From a virus (Duplodnaviria; Caudoviricetes): a DNA stretch of 42,231 nucleotides. The position numbers were made by a program, and so were the translations under genes. Each line of letters opens with the position of its first letter. Position 1 is the first letter of the stretch. The stretch covers positions 1 through 42,231 of IMG/VR virus record IMGVR_UViG_3300032053_004601; one strand, 5' to 3'. This document shows positions 26,207 to 33,795 of this stretch, piece after piece. Under the pieces are notes generated by a model. It was not told where the DNA came from. It did not search any database and saw only the letters and a list, made by a program, of their open reading frames with translations.

Positions 26207-27966
26207 GCCTTCCCCCAATTCTTAAACACTTCTCCCGCCCTCGCTGGAATCTTAAAATCTTTCCAGTTATCAATCATTTCTTTTTCCAAAGCTGCAATCT
26301 CAGCTGCATCTTTAGAAAGCCTTTGTCTTTCATAAATAGGGTGATTTTTCTCAGCTATGACAACAGACTCCTTCGTATGAAACTGAACTTCAAAAACATA
26401 TCCAGTAGTCGTATCTCTGAACTTAGTATTAATTCCTCCATATGAACCAAGCCTCTCAAAATAATTGCTTTTTTTAACAAGCTCATATCCCTGAGATACC
26501 ATTGTTTTTCCCATATTTTCACACGCGTCATAAAAAGTTTCTTCTGGGGCAATGGTTGTATATCTGACTACATCCTTTATTTCCTTAGCCGCATCATCTA
26601 GTGTAAGAACCCTATCCGGTTCTTCTTCCTTCATCTTCTGTAATTTTCTAGCTATCGACGCTTCTGTCTTTAACCGAGTATCAAACCGATTAAATATAGT
26701 CCCATCCGGACGAGTTATAAAACTACTAAGAGTAGTCCCCGAAGAAGCCGCTGAAAAAAGCATGTTAGCAGAAATAGCAGGTTCTACCGCAGCTCCAGCA
26801 GCATACATTACTTTGGCTAGCTTCAGCCTGTTCTCGTAATCAAATGTCTTTTCCCCGGTTCCCTTCGTGGCATCCTTAGGACTATCCCCACCACCCCCGT
26901 CTCTGGGCGCACTCCCACCCACCTGTCCGGGCCTTCCCGCATGGTCATAATTACCAGACTTCTCATTACCTTCCATCCATATTTTCCTAATGCCATGATG
27001 CTTACTCTTGCCAATCAGGAACCAGTACTTGGGACTCAGTAGTTCTCTAAGAGATTCGTTCTTTTTCTTCCCCACAACTTTAAGAACCAAACGCCCATCA
27101 CTCCCCAAGTTCACAACTTTAAAGCTCAATCCCCTCGGAAGAATAAACTCTCCCTCCCGAAGATAATTTCCTTCTGTGACATTTCCAACATGGGGATTAA
27201 ATTTAAATCCCTGTTTCCCTCCTAAAAATGTGTCAACGGGAAGTATATTTGTACCCTTTGGAACGAGTATTTTTATTTGATGATTATTGAATCCTTTGGC
27301 AAAAGTTAAAGAAGAAGAAGCTGACACATAACCAGCATCAGTAAAAATATCTCCTAATTTAATTTTAAACAACTTAGCCCATGTTCTATCTCCAATACCC
27401 CGGAAAAGAGTAAGATTTTCTTTCAGGCTAAATTTTTCTATAGCAGAATCAATATTTGGTATGGCTGTAGTCGCCAATTTTAATCTGTAGTCTACCGAAG
27501 GGCCACTCTGACCGGACAAAAAAGTTGGGTCTCTAAGATATTTATTTATTGTTACAGAATCAGAGATAGTATACTCACTTACCGACACAGTTTCCTCAGG
27601 TGTAATTGTAAATGGGTCAGGAAGATTTAATAGTTCCAACTGTTTATTTATAAATGGACCTATGTCTAAGCCCAAAGGCATCTTATCATCTATTACCGTA
27701 TAGTCTTTCTCGTTGTCTCCAGTACCTCCACCTGCCGTGTACTGATTTCCCCTAAAAGGATGTCCCTCTGGTTCTCCTGAATTAGCATTACCTTCTTCGT
27801 CCGTATCTTCTTCAAGCTCAAGCGGGTCAAACCCCAACATTCCAACAACATCTTCTGGAGTAACATCCATTTCCTCATCATCTGGGTCCGGGTCTTCAAC
27901 CTCCCACCAGTTGACTTCTACCTCTTCAACATCGCCTATGTGGACATCATAATCAAGTTCGCTCAT
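26203..27966 (-). CDS. polyprotein: acidic leader | ADP-ribosyltransferase | RelA/SpoT-like nucleotidyltransferase
   Basis: ART: INKYLR, LFRG, GYVSASS, REGEFILPRG. RSH: RLKTEASIARK, KDVVRYT, YGGIN, FEVQFHT. Start MSELDY at 27966. Confidence 0.85.
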   Translation of the reverse strand: MSELDYDVHIGDVEEVEVNWWEVEDPDPDDEEMDVTPEDVVGMLGFDPLELEEDTDEEGNANSGEPEGHPFRGNQYTAGGGTGDNEKDYTVIDDKMPLGLDIGPFINKQLELLNLPDPFTITPEETVSVSEYTISDSVTINKYLRDPTFLSGQSGPSVDYRLKLATTAIPNIDSAIEKFSLKENLTLFRGIGDRTWAKLFKIKLGDIFTDAGYVSASSSLTFAKGFNNHQIKILVPKGTNILPVDTFLGGKQGFKFNPHVGNVTEGNYLREGEFILPRGLSFKVVNLGSDGRLVLKVVGKKKNESLRELLSPKYWFLIGKSKHHGIRKIWMEGNEKSGNYDHAGRPGQVGGSAPRDGGGGDSPKDATKGTGEKTFDYENRLKLAKVMYAAGAAVEPAISANMLFSAASSGTTLSSFITRPDGTIFNRFDTRLKTEASIARKLQKMKEEEPDRVLTLDDAAKEIKDVVRYTTIAPEETFYDACENMGKTMVSQGYELVKKSNYFERLGSYGGINTKFRDTTTGYVFEVQFHTKESVVIAEKNHPIYERQRLSKDAAEIAALEKEMIDNWKDFKIPARAGEVFKNWGKA

Positions 27967-29774
27967 GCTAATCCCTTTCTCCACACTGCAAAAATAGTTG
28001 GAGATATATACGCCTGTAGCGCAACCGTAGGGGTGTTACCGAGTCTTGCAGCAACGTGTTTGGCAACCTCCCTGACTGCTTTTTTATACAACTTCATAGT
28101 CTTAGGAACTTGAATTTTTTCCATAAACTTCTTTGCCAAAGTTGTACCCATCAGAGTCCGGAAATCTTTAGTAGTAAACTTCCTGCCATTAAGCGTGTGA
28201 ACAAATCTGTTAAGTTTACCACTGTCTATGCTAAACAGCTTGCCATCCTCTCCAGCGGTGATTTTCCTACCAAGCAAAGTCTTCGCAATGTCTTTATCCT
28301 CAATGAGGACATCCTGCGCAACCCCCTTCTTACCGATAAACTGGAGCCGGACCTCTTCTCCAACCTGTACAACATGCCGCCCCTCAAGAGTCGTGGCCCC
28401 GTAAGACTTGACCTTGGCTACAATCTCCTCATCCGAACCGGGCCGAAGACCCGTCTTCATGATAAGATTCGACACAACCGCCGCTTCCCTAGTATCCGCG
28501 TCCCGACTGCGCATTTTCCTGCCTATTTCCTTCTCAATTCCTGCCTGTTTAACTTCCAAGGACTTTATTCGGGCAAACTTCTCTCTAGCCTGCCCCTTCT
28601 TGAACTTCTCACTGTACAGATACTGGTCCCGGCCCGCAGCGTCCTTACCTACAACCAACAACTCCCCCTTGGGGTCCGGGTTAAATCTAACTCCCGTCCA
28701 CGCGGGCGGTATGCGGATTTTCCTAATGTGCTTTGGCAGGTTCTCTTTGTCTTTAGCATCAACGAATCCCTTGGCTACCCCCCCGCCTGCGGGCGAGTCC
28801 CCGCGAGTGTCAAGATTCGTCGCTCCTGATTCTCTCCCAGTATCCTTTCCAGTGCCTGAACCGGGAGTCCGACCAGAACCATCTCCGCCTTCAGCTAAAG
28901 ACTCACCGACCTTGGCTTTCCTGTTCTGGTCTACTACTTTTACACGAAGAAATAGTACGTTCTGTCCATCCACTTTCCTATCTTTAAGTCCGCCAACAAC
29001 TTCATACTTAGTTCCCCGGTCCAGCACAAATTCAGTTTCCCAGAAGGCTAAAGCATTTTGAGAATTTTTAGATGGATTGTATTTGTTAGCCCTATAAATA
29101 TCTGGATTGAATGCCTTCGTTCCCTTAGGGGCAAGTATTTCCAACATAAAATATGAATGCTGTGAAAAATCAATAGCTGTACGCGGAGAAATAGAAGTAG
29201 AACTATATCCCATATCTCTATATGTCGTTCCAGCTCCCTTTTCACGAAGAGCTTTAAACAAACCCTCCTTTACCCCCCGGTAAAGGACAGTTGGTTTCTG
29301 TAAACTTTGCTTATCAAGAATCTTATCCATATCTTCTATAGTTTTAAAGGCAATGGGGTCAATTGGCGCACCATATCTATCTTTCTCCAGTTCAGGATGA
29401 CGAAGATGATAATTAATAAGATTATAATAACCACCCTGATATGAAGTTGCGGCTAAAGCAGACTCTTCTCCCGGAACGGATATCGGACCATGTGCAGAAA
29501 GTATATATTTTTCTACAGAAGAACTCATCTCTCGGGTCATATGAAACATGTCCATATTTCCAGACTCTCCCGGAAATCTCTCATACCCTGCATCCGAATC
29601 CTTAGGAAGACTACCACCCTGATGCCCCTGAATTCCAAGATGGTTGTAATTACCAGACCCAGCACTACCCTCCGCAACCCCGACTGTTTCCTCTTTGGAC
29701 GTAACAACAGGTTCAACCAGCTCGATGTCTCCGGAGTTCCAACCAAACTTATCTATATTAATCATTATGTCCAT
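27963..29774 (-). CDS. polyprotein: leader | ADP-ribosyltransferase | DNA topoisomerase IB
   Basis: ART: INYHLR, LYRG, GYSSTS, WETEFVLDRG. Topo IB: IPPAW, GRDQYLY, GLRPG, FIGKKG, KDFRT, LGNTPTVALQAY. Start at 29774 or 29765. Confidence 0.88.
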   Translation of the reverse strand: MDIMINIDKFGWNSGDIELVEPVVTSKEETVGVAEGSAGSGNYNHLGIQGHQGGSLPKDSDAGYERFPGESGNMDMFHMTREMSSSVEKYILSAHGPISVPGEESALAATSYQGGYYNLINYHLRHPELEKDRYGAPIDPIAFKTIEDMDKILDKQSLQKPTVLYRGVKEGLFKALREKGAGTTYRDMGYSSTSISPRTAIDFSQHSYFMLEILAPKGTKAFNPDIYRANKYNPSKNSQNALAFWETEFVLDRGTKYEVVGGLKDRKVDGQNVLFLRVKVVDQNRKAKVGESLAEGGDGSGRTPGSGTGKDTGRESGATNLDTRGDSPAGGGVAKGFVDAKDKENLPKHIRKIRIPPAWTGVRFNPDPKGELLVVGKDAAGRDQYLYSEKFKKGQAREKFARIKSLEVKQAGIEKEIGRKMRSRDADTREAAVVSNLIMKTGLRPGSDEEIVAKVKSYGATTLEGRHVVQVGEEVRLQFIGKKGVAQDVLIEDKDIAKTLLGRKITAGEDGKLFSIDSGKLNRFVHTLNGRKFTTKDFRTLMGTTLAKKFMEKIQVPKTMKLYKKAVREVAKHVAARLGNTPTVALQAYISPTIFAVWRKGLA

Positions 29775-30519
29775 TCCCCCGGCTAAGAACACGAAGGACT
29801 GCCGTTTTTTCATAAACCGATTCGACTACAAATTTAATTCCTCTATTCAAACATACTTCATTCTCTTCATCCTCATCTATTTTTCCAATCTCCGGGACAG
29901 ATATAGCCGGAGTTCCCTTCGGAACATAAATCTTAACGGAATAGGAAGGACTAGAACCTTCCCTTTGTATATTACGAAAATGGTCTCCTACTATCTTCTG
30001 CGACGAACACGACACAAAACCTTTATCTATAAATGTCTGTCCGACTTTAAGTTCCATACCTCCGACACCACGATATAAAACAGTATCTTTTGTAGTAAAA
30101 CTTTTTTTCATAACTGAATCCATAACAGGAATCAACTTATCAGCTATTATTTGCGTCCATTTATTATCTTTAAAATCTTCTGGATGGGTTCCTCTAAGGC
30201 TATTATTAACCATCGCATGCCCATCAGAAACATACTCTTTAACCAACTCTAATTCTGATTCTAATATATTTTTTGACTCCGCCAAACCGATAGTCCACTT
30301 TGTAGCCTCACGAACTTTAGCTCTGTCATCCCAATTAGTAATCTGTGGAGATTCGGATTCTGCATTCTCAGCTCCAGTACTGCCACCTACTGTATATTGA
30401 TTTCCTCGGAAAGGATGACCTTCTGGTTCTCCCGAGCCTTCTCCGCCCTCAATAACAAGTTTTTTCTTCCCTTTTTTACCGGGAATCCATTTTGGGGACA
30501 AAAAACCAACAAGTTCCAT
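29758..30519 (-). CDS. ADP-ribosyltransferase (VIP2/Alt-like) with VIE|GGEGSG leader
   Basis: VNNSLRG, LYRG, GFVSCS, EENEVCLNRG. Confidence 0.85.
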   Translation of the reverse strand: MELVGFLSPKWIPGKKGKKKLVIEGGEGSGEPEGHPFRGNQYTVGGSTGAENAESESPQITNWDDRAKVREATKWTIGLAESKNILESELELVKEYVSDGHAMVNNSLRGTHPEDFKDNKWTQIIADKLIPVMDSVMKKSFTTKDTVLYRGVGGMELKVGQTFIDKGFVSCSSQKIVGDHFRNIQREGSSPSYSVKIYVPKGTPAISVPEIGKIDEDEENEVCLNRGIKFVVESVYEKTAVLRVLSRGNGHND

Positions 30520-32225
30520 CAGTAAAGCTCCCGCCTCTTCCCTCTAAGTATTTTCTTAATAGCATCTTCGGTTCGCATAACAAGTCTACGCATATTAGGG
30601 TCAGCTAAGACCTTTCTACGAATCTCATCCAACTCAGAAGGAGTCGCCGTGCGAAGACGAGCGGCTGTCCGGGCGGTGATTTTCCTAAATCCCTCCTCCG
30701 GAGGAGGCTCGGGCTGCCCGTCAGCCGACTGTCCCTGTGACTGGTCCTGTTGCATGCTCAACTGCATAGCCATTTGCTGCATCTGCATCTCTTGGTCCTT
30801 TGCCGCAGCTTCTTCTTCCGCATCTTTTATCATCTGTAAAAGCTCTTCGGCCTCTGCAGGTGACAAATTCATGAACATTGTGCGTATAATCCAGTCTGTC
30901 GGCAGGTTTATCCCCATATTTCTGTAGACACTTAGCAAATTGGCCTTTAAGTTCTCTATATTCCACTTAGATTCCTCATCCGGAGTGCCTATCTCAGGAA
31001 ACCTGATTCTCCAATTGAAAGAATTAGGGTTCACCCCCGCCATAATCCAACTTATCTTGTAGATTTTCCTTAACCCCTCTGCTAAAGCATACCTATGTCT
31101 CTTAATCATCTTGACAAAAGCCACGTTCTGCTGGTACAGAGTCGCCTTTGAATTCACATCCCGCTCAAACCCCAAGTACGCCTTGGGAACCTTCGTTCCA
31201 GAGAACAATTTGTTATGAAAGTGTTCGACATCCCGTATTTCACCAAGGTGAGTTACCCCACCAATCATCTGATAGTCGCCTCCGGGCGCATCCTTTCGCA
31301 CGGGTATGTAAATATCTTCCATAGGAATCAGCGGGTCTTTCTCTGTCTTTAGTTTTCCCTCGGCTGAAAAATACCAACGCTTCTGATTCATAAGTCTGAT
31401 TTTATTAATGTGCTTGGCAGCCTCTTTTTCTCCCATCCCCGTAACGTCAATCTTCCAAACTCCCTTTCTATTCGCTTGGGCTATTCTAGTAACAACAAGT
31501 GTATCCTCAAGCATACGCTCGACCCTGTAAGCCCTGCGAAGTTTTGAGAACAAGGAGAAATTAACCCCGTAATCATTATCCCCAATCTTGAAATGAGCAA
31601 TTTCCCACGGGTCGAACTCCGCAACCACGCGAGAAATTGTATCGTCCTTTTGTATATACGGTTTTTCAGTATTGATAGAACCGTCTTTCAGATAATTGCA
31701 GAAGACCTGCTTCGGAGGAAGAAATTTAAGCTTGGTTATCGTCTCCGGAGTGCATACTATCTCGTAAAAGGCATCTCCATAGAGAAGCATGTTCCTAGTA
31801 ATAAACCAAATCTTCTCTTTGAGTTGGAGGTCTTCCTCCATTGCTTCGATTATATCAGACGCTTTTTCCTGCCCCTTTTTAGGAGTCTTTTTAACGTCCT
31901 GTTGTGTCTCATCATCAAAAATAACAGAGTACGAATCCGTAAGGTCAGTCGCAGACGAAACTACAAAGTCCGCATGGACATCAAGAGCCGACGAGAGTTC
32001 GACAATTTCCGTGTCCATCTCTTCATAGTCAACATACTTCTTTAATCTGTCATCTGATATTTCAAAAACAGAACCCTGTGACCAATCAAGCTTCGGCCTC
32101 TCTGTCGTTATATCGTCCTGAGCTACCTGTGTCGGTTCTGTCTTACGAAATACATTCTGAATCCGTTTTATTAAACTTTGTCTTTCCGGTTGTCTTTCAT
32201 CGGATACAAGAAAATTATCTGGCAT
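30519..32225 (-). CDS. portal protein, T4 gp20-like
   Basis: YEEMD, YGDAF, MLEDTLVVTRIAQ...WKIDV, EDIYIP, LGEIRDVEHFHNKLFSGTKVPKAYL. Confidence 0.9.
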   Translation of the reverse strand: MPDNFLVSDERQPERQSLIKRIQNVFRKTEPTQVAQDDITTERPKLDWSQGSVFEISDDRLKKYVDYEEMDTEIVELSSALDVHADFVVSSATDLTDSYSVIFDDETQQDVKKTPKKGQEKASDIIEAMEEDLQLKEKIWFITRNMLLYGDAFYEIVCTPETITKLKFLPPKQVFCNYLKDGSINTEKPYIQKDDTISRVVAEFDPWEIAHFKIGDNDYGVNFSLFSKLRRAYRVERMLEDTLVVTRIAQANRKGVWKIDVTGMGEKEAAKHINKIRLMNQKRWYFSAEGKLKTEKDPLIPMEDIYIPVRKDAPGGDYQMIGGVTHLGEIRDVEHFHNKLFSGTKVPKAYLGFERDVNSKATLYQQNVAFVKMIKRHRYALAEGLRKIYKISWIMAGVNPNSFNWRIRFPEIGTPDEESKWNIENLKANLLSVYRNMGINLPTDWIIRTMFMNLSPAEAEELLQMIKDAEEEAAAKDQEMQMQQMAMQLSMQQDQSQGQSADGQPEPPPEEGFRKITARTAARLRTATPSELDEIRRKVLADPNMRRLVMRTEDAIKKILRGKRRELY

Positions 32226-32242
32226 GGGAACCTCCGCATAGA

Positions 32243-32276
32243 GACGCTACCCTGATTTATATAACAAATCAAGTAT
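32243..32276 (-). promoter_or_regulatory. putative promoter/operator upstream of portal
   Basis: TTGATT-N17-TAGCGT with an embedded inverted repeat TGATTT/AAATCA; GGAGG RBS follows. Confidence 0.35.
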
Positions 32277-32284
32277 AAGTGTTT

Positions 32285-32653
32285 TTATTCAGAGTACCCG
32301 GAGATGACAATTCCGTCAGACACTGTAACTTCTAAAACACGAAAGGGTTCACCTTTTATTGATTCTTGTATGCCCTCAAAAAAGAATTGAGCTAAATACG
32401 AAGGAGTAGGATTGACCTCATTAAACGGAGTAGTGTCGTTAATTATAAAAGGAAGCGTCATAATGATTTTCCCAAGCAATCTATCCAAATCTCTTGGTAA
32501 AGCGATAAGACCAATATCGTTCAACGCTTCCGCACCAAAGTTCGCAGAAACTTTAAATTCATGCGCATGCAACACAGCCTCATCAGACTTGTACCCAGTT
32601 AAAAAATGAGCAGCGGAAAAAGACTTGGATATTTTTATTGTATACATACTCAC
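32285..32653 (-). CDS. queD: QueD/PTPS-like T-fold protein, degenerate
   Basis: FSAAHFL...LHAH...INDTTPFNEVNPT; the usual Cys before LHGH and Glu after NPT are absent. Confidence 0.65.
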   Translation of the reverse strand: MSMYTIKISKSFSAAHFLTGYKSDEAVLHAHEFKVSANFGAEALNDIGLIALPRDLDRLLGKIIMTLPFIINDTTPFNEVNPTPSYLAQFFFEGIQESIKGEPFRVLEVTVSDGIVISGYSE

Positions 32654-32862
32654 TCCTCTTCCTCATCGGCTTCTTCTATTTTTCCGTACTCTTTGGCTTT
32701 TTTAATCCATCTGTGAACAGCCATACTTGAAACACCGAATCTTTCGGCAATCAGACACATCTGAAGACCGTGTATTTGCTTCAGGTCGTTACACTTTTTA
32801 CCAAGGTCAGCCATATCATCCGATGTACGTTTGTGAATTCTTGCTTTTATGTTCAAAAGCAC
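32650..32862 (-). CDS. small HTH DNA-binding protein
   Basis: IAERFGVSSMAVHRWI. Confidence 0.7.
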   Translation of the reverse strand: MLLNIKARIHKRTSDDMADLGKKCNDLKQIHGLQMCLIAERFGVSSMAVHRWIKKAKEYGKIEEADEEEE

Positions 32863-32870
32863 CTCCGGTA

Positions 32871-33068
32871 TTACGGTTGATGGTCACGAATCCACCAAGC
32901 CACAGCAATTACCATAGAAACCAAAATACCGAAGGCCGTATCTGCAGTCATTTTACTGCTAACAAGTAGAATAATCTTAAAAAATGTAGACATAAACAAT
33001 ATAAAAATAGAAACAACCAGCAACAACGAACATAATATAATTGGGAAAGAAAATACCTTTTTCACCAC
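32871..33068 (-). CDS. small membrane protein
   Basis: Two hydrophobic segments; GGAGG upstream. Confidence 0.5.
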   Translation of the reverse strand: MVKKVFSFPIILCSLLLVVSIFILFMSTFFKIILLVSSKMTADTAFGILVSMVIAVAWWIRDHQP

Positions 33069-33241
33069 AAGTCCTCCAAAAGCTGTTTCTTCTTATCGGC
33101 TTCTAGGCTATCAGTAATCAATTTTTTAATCTGTTCTAGTACATCATCCGAAGATGCACAGAATAACCCCCACCCACCACTGCTAACAATAAATCCATTT
33201 TTTATTCTTTCTATGATAATAAATCTTGAATTTATATCCAT
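33062..33241 (-). CDS. 59-aa hypothetical protein (not in ORF track)
   Basis: Hand translation MDINSRFIIIERIKNGFIV...; fills the gap. Confidence 0.45.
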   Translation of the reverse strand: MDINSRFIIIERIKNGFIVSSGGWGLFCASSDDVLEQIKKLITDSLEADKKKQLLEDLW

Positions 33242-33435
33242 AATTTTTCAGCCGCCTTCCACATAAGTTTCATAGGAACACCCCCGCCTCCGGTAATATG
33301 ACATTCTACAAGACCCCTGTTTTTAAGAATCCTAAGCTCCCGCCTAGAAAGACCCTCTCCCGTATAGATAGCTTGATGCAGATAGAAAACTTCCTTGGCT
33401 CGTTTGTTGAGTTCCATATTGTCGTTTAAAACCAT
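33232..33435 (-). CDS. hypothetical protein
   Basis: Tiling minus-strand ORF. Confidence 0.45.
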   Translation of the reverse strand: MVLNDNMELNKRAKEVFYLHQAIYTGEGLSRRELRILKNRGLVECHITGGGGVPMKLMWKAAEKLWI

Positions 33436-33794
33436 CCCTTACCTCCCGGAACAATGATTTCTGGGCAAAGAGCATCCAGAGTTTCAGTAAGCTTTTTATT
33501 GAATTCCAATTTTATAACTGGGTCTTCCATAATCATCTTTGCAAACGTCTGATATCCTTCCTGCGGAACACTCATGCAAGAAGACAGCACCGTATCTAGA
33601 GTTCTCAGCTGTGTTTCAAGCAACGCCCTCAGCTTGTCATCTAACTTCCCACGCTTCTGAATTTCAGTTCCCGAAGCAACCATAAGCTCTCTGTACATAA
33701 CCGTCTTCAAACATATAGTATTAATAACAAGCCTCAACTCTTCCGCTTCCTTATTTTGAATCAACGACTTAGGAATACCGGGTCTATTCTTCAT
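33426..33794 (-). CDS. hypothetical protein
   Basis: Tiling minus-strand ORF directly after the terminase. Confidence 0.55.
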   Translation of the reverse strand: MKNRPGIPKSLIQNKEAEELRLVINTICLKTVMYRELMVASGTEIQKRGKLDDKLRALLETQLRTLDTVLSSCMSVPQEGYQTFAKMIMEDPVIKLEFNKKLTETLDALCPEIIVPGGKGWF

Positions 33795-33795
33795 A

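Noticed and set aside
30700-30830. Gln/Met-rich stretch in the portal C-terminus
   Set aside because: Low-complexity tails are common on portals; no discrete repeat unit.
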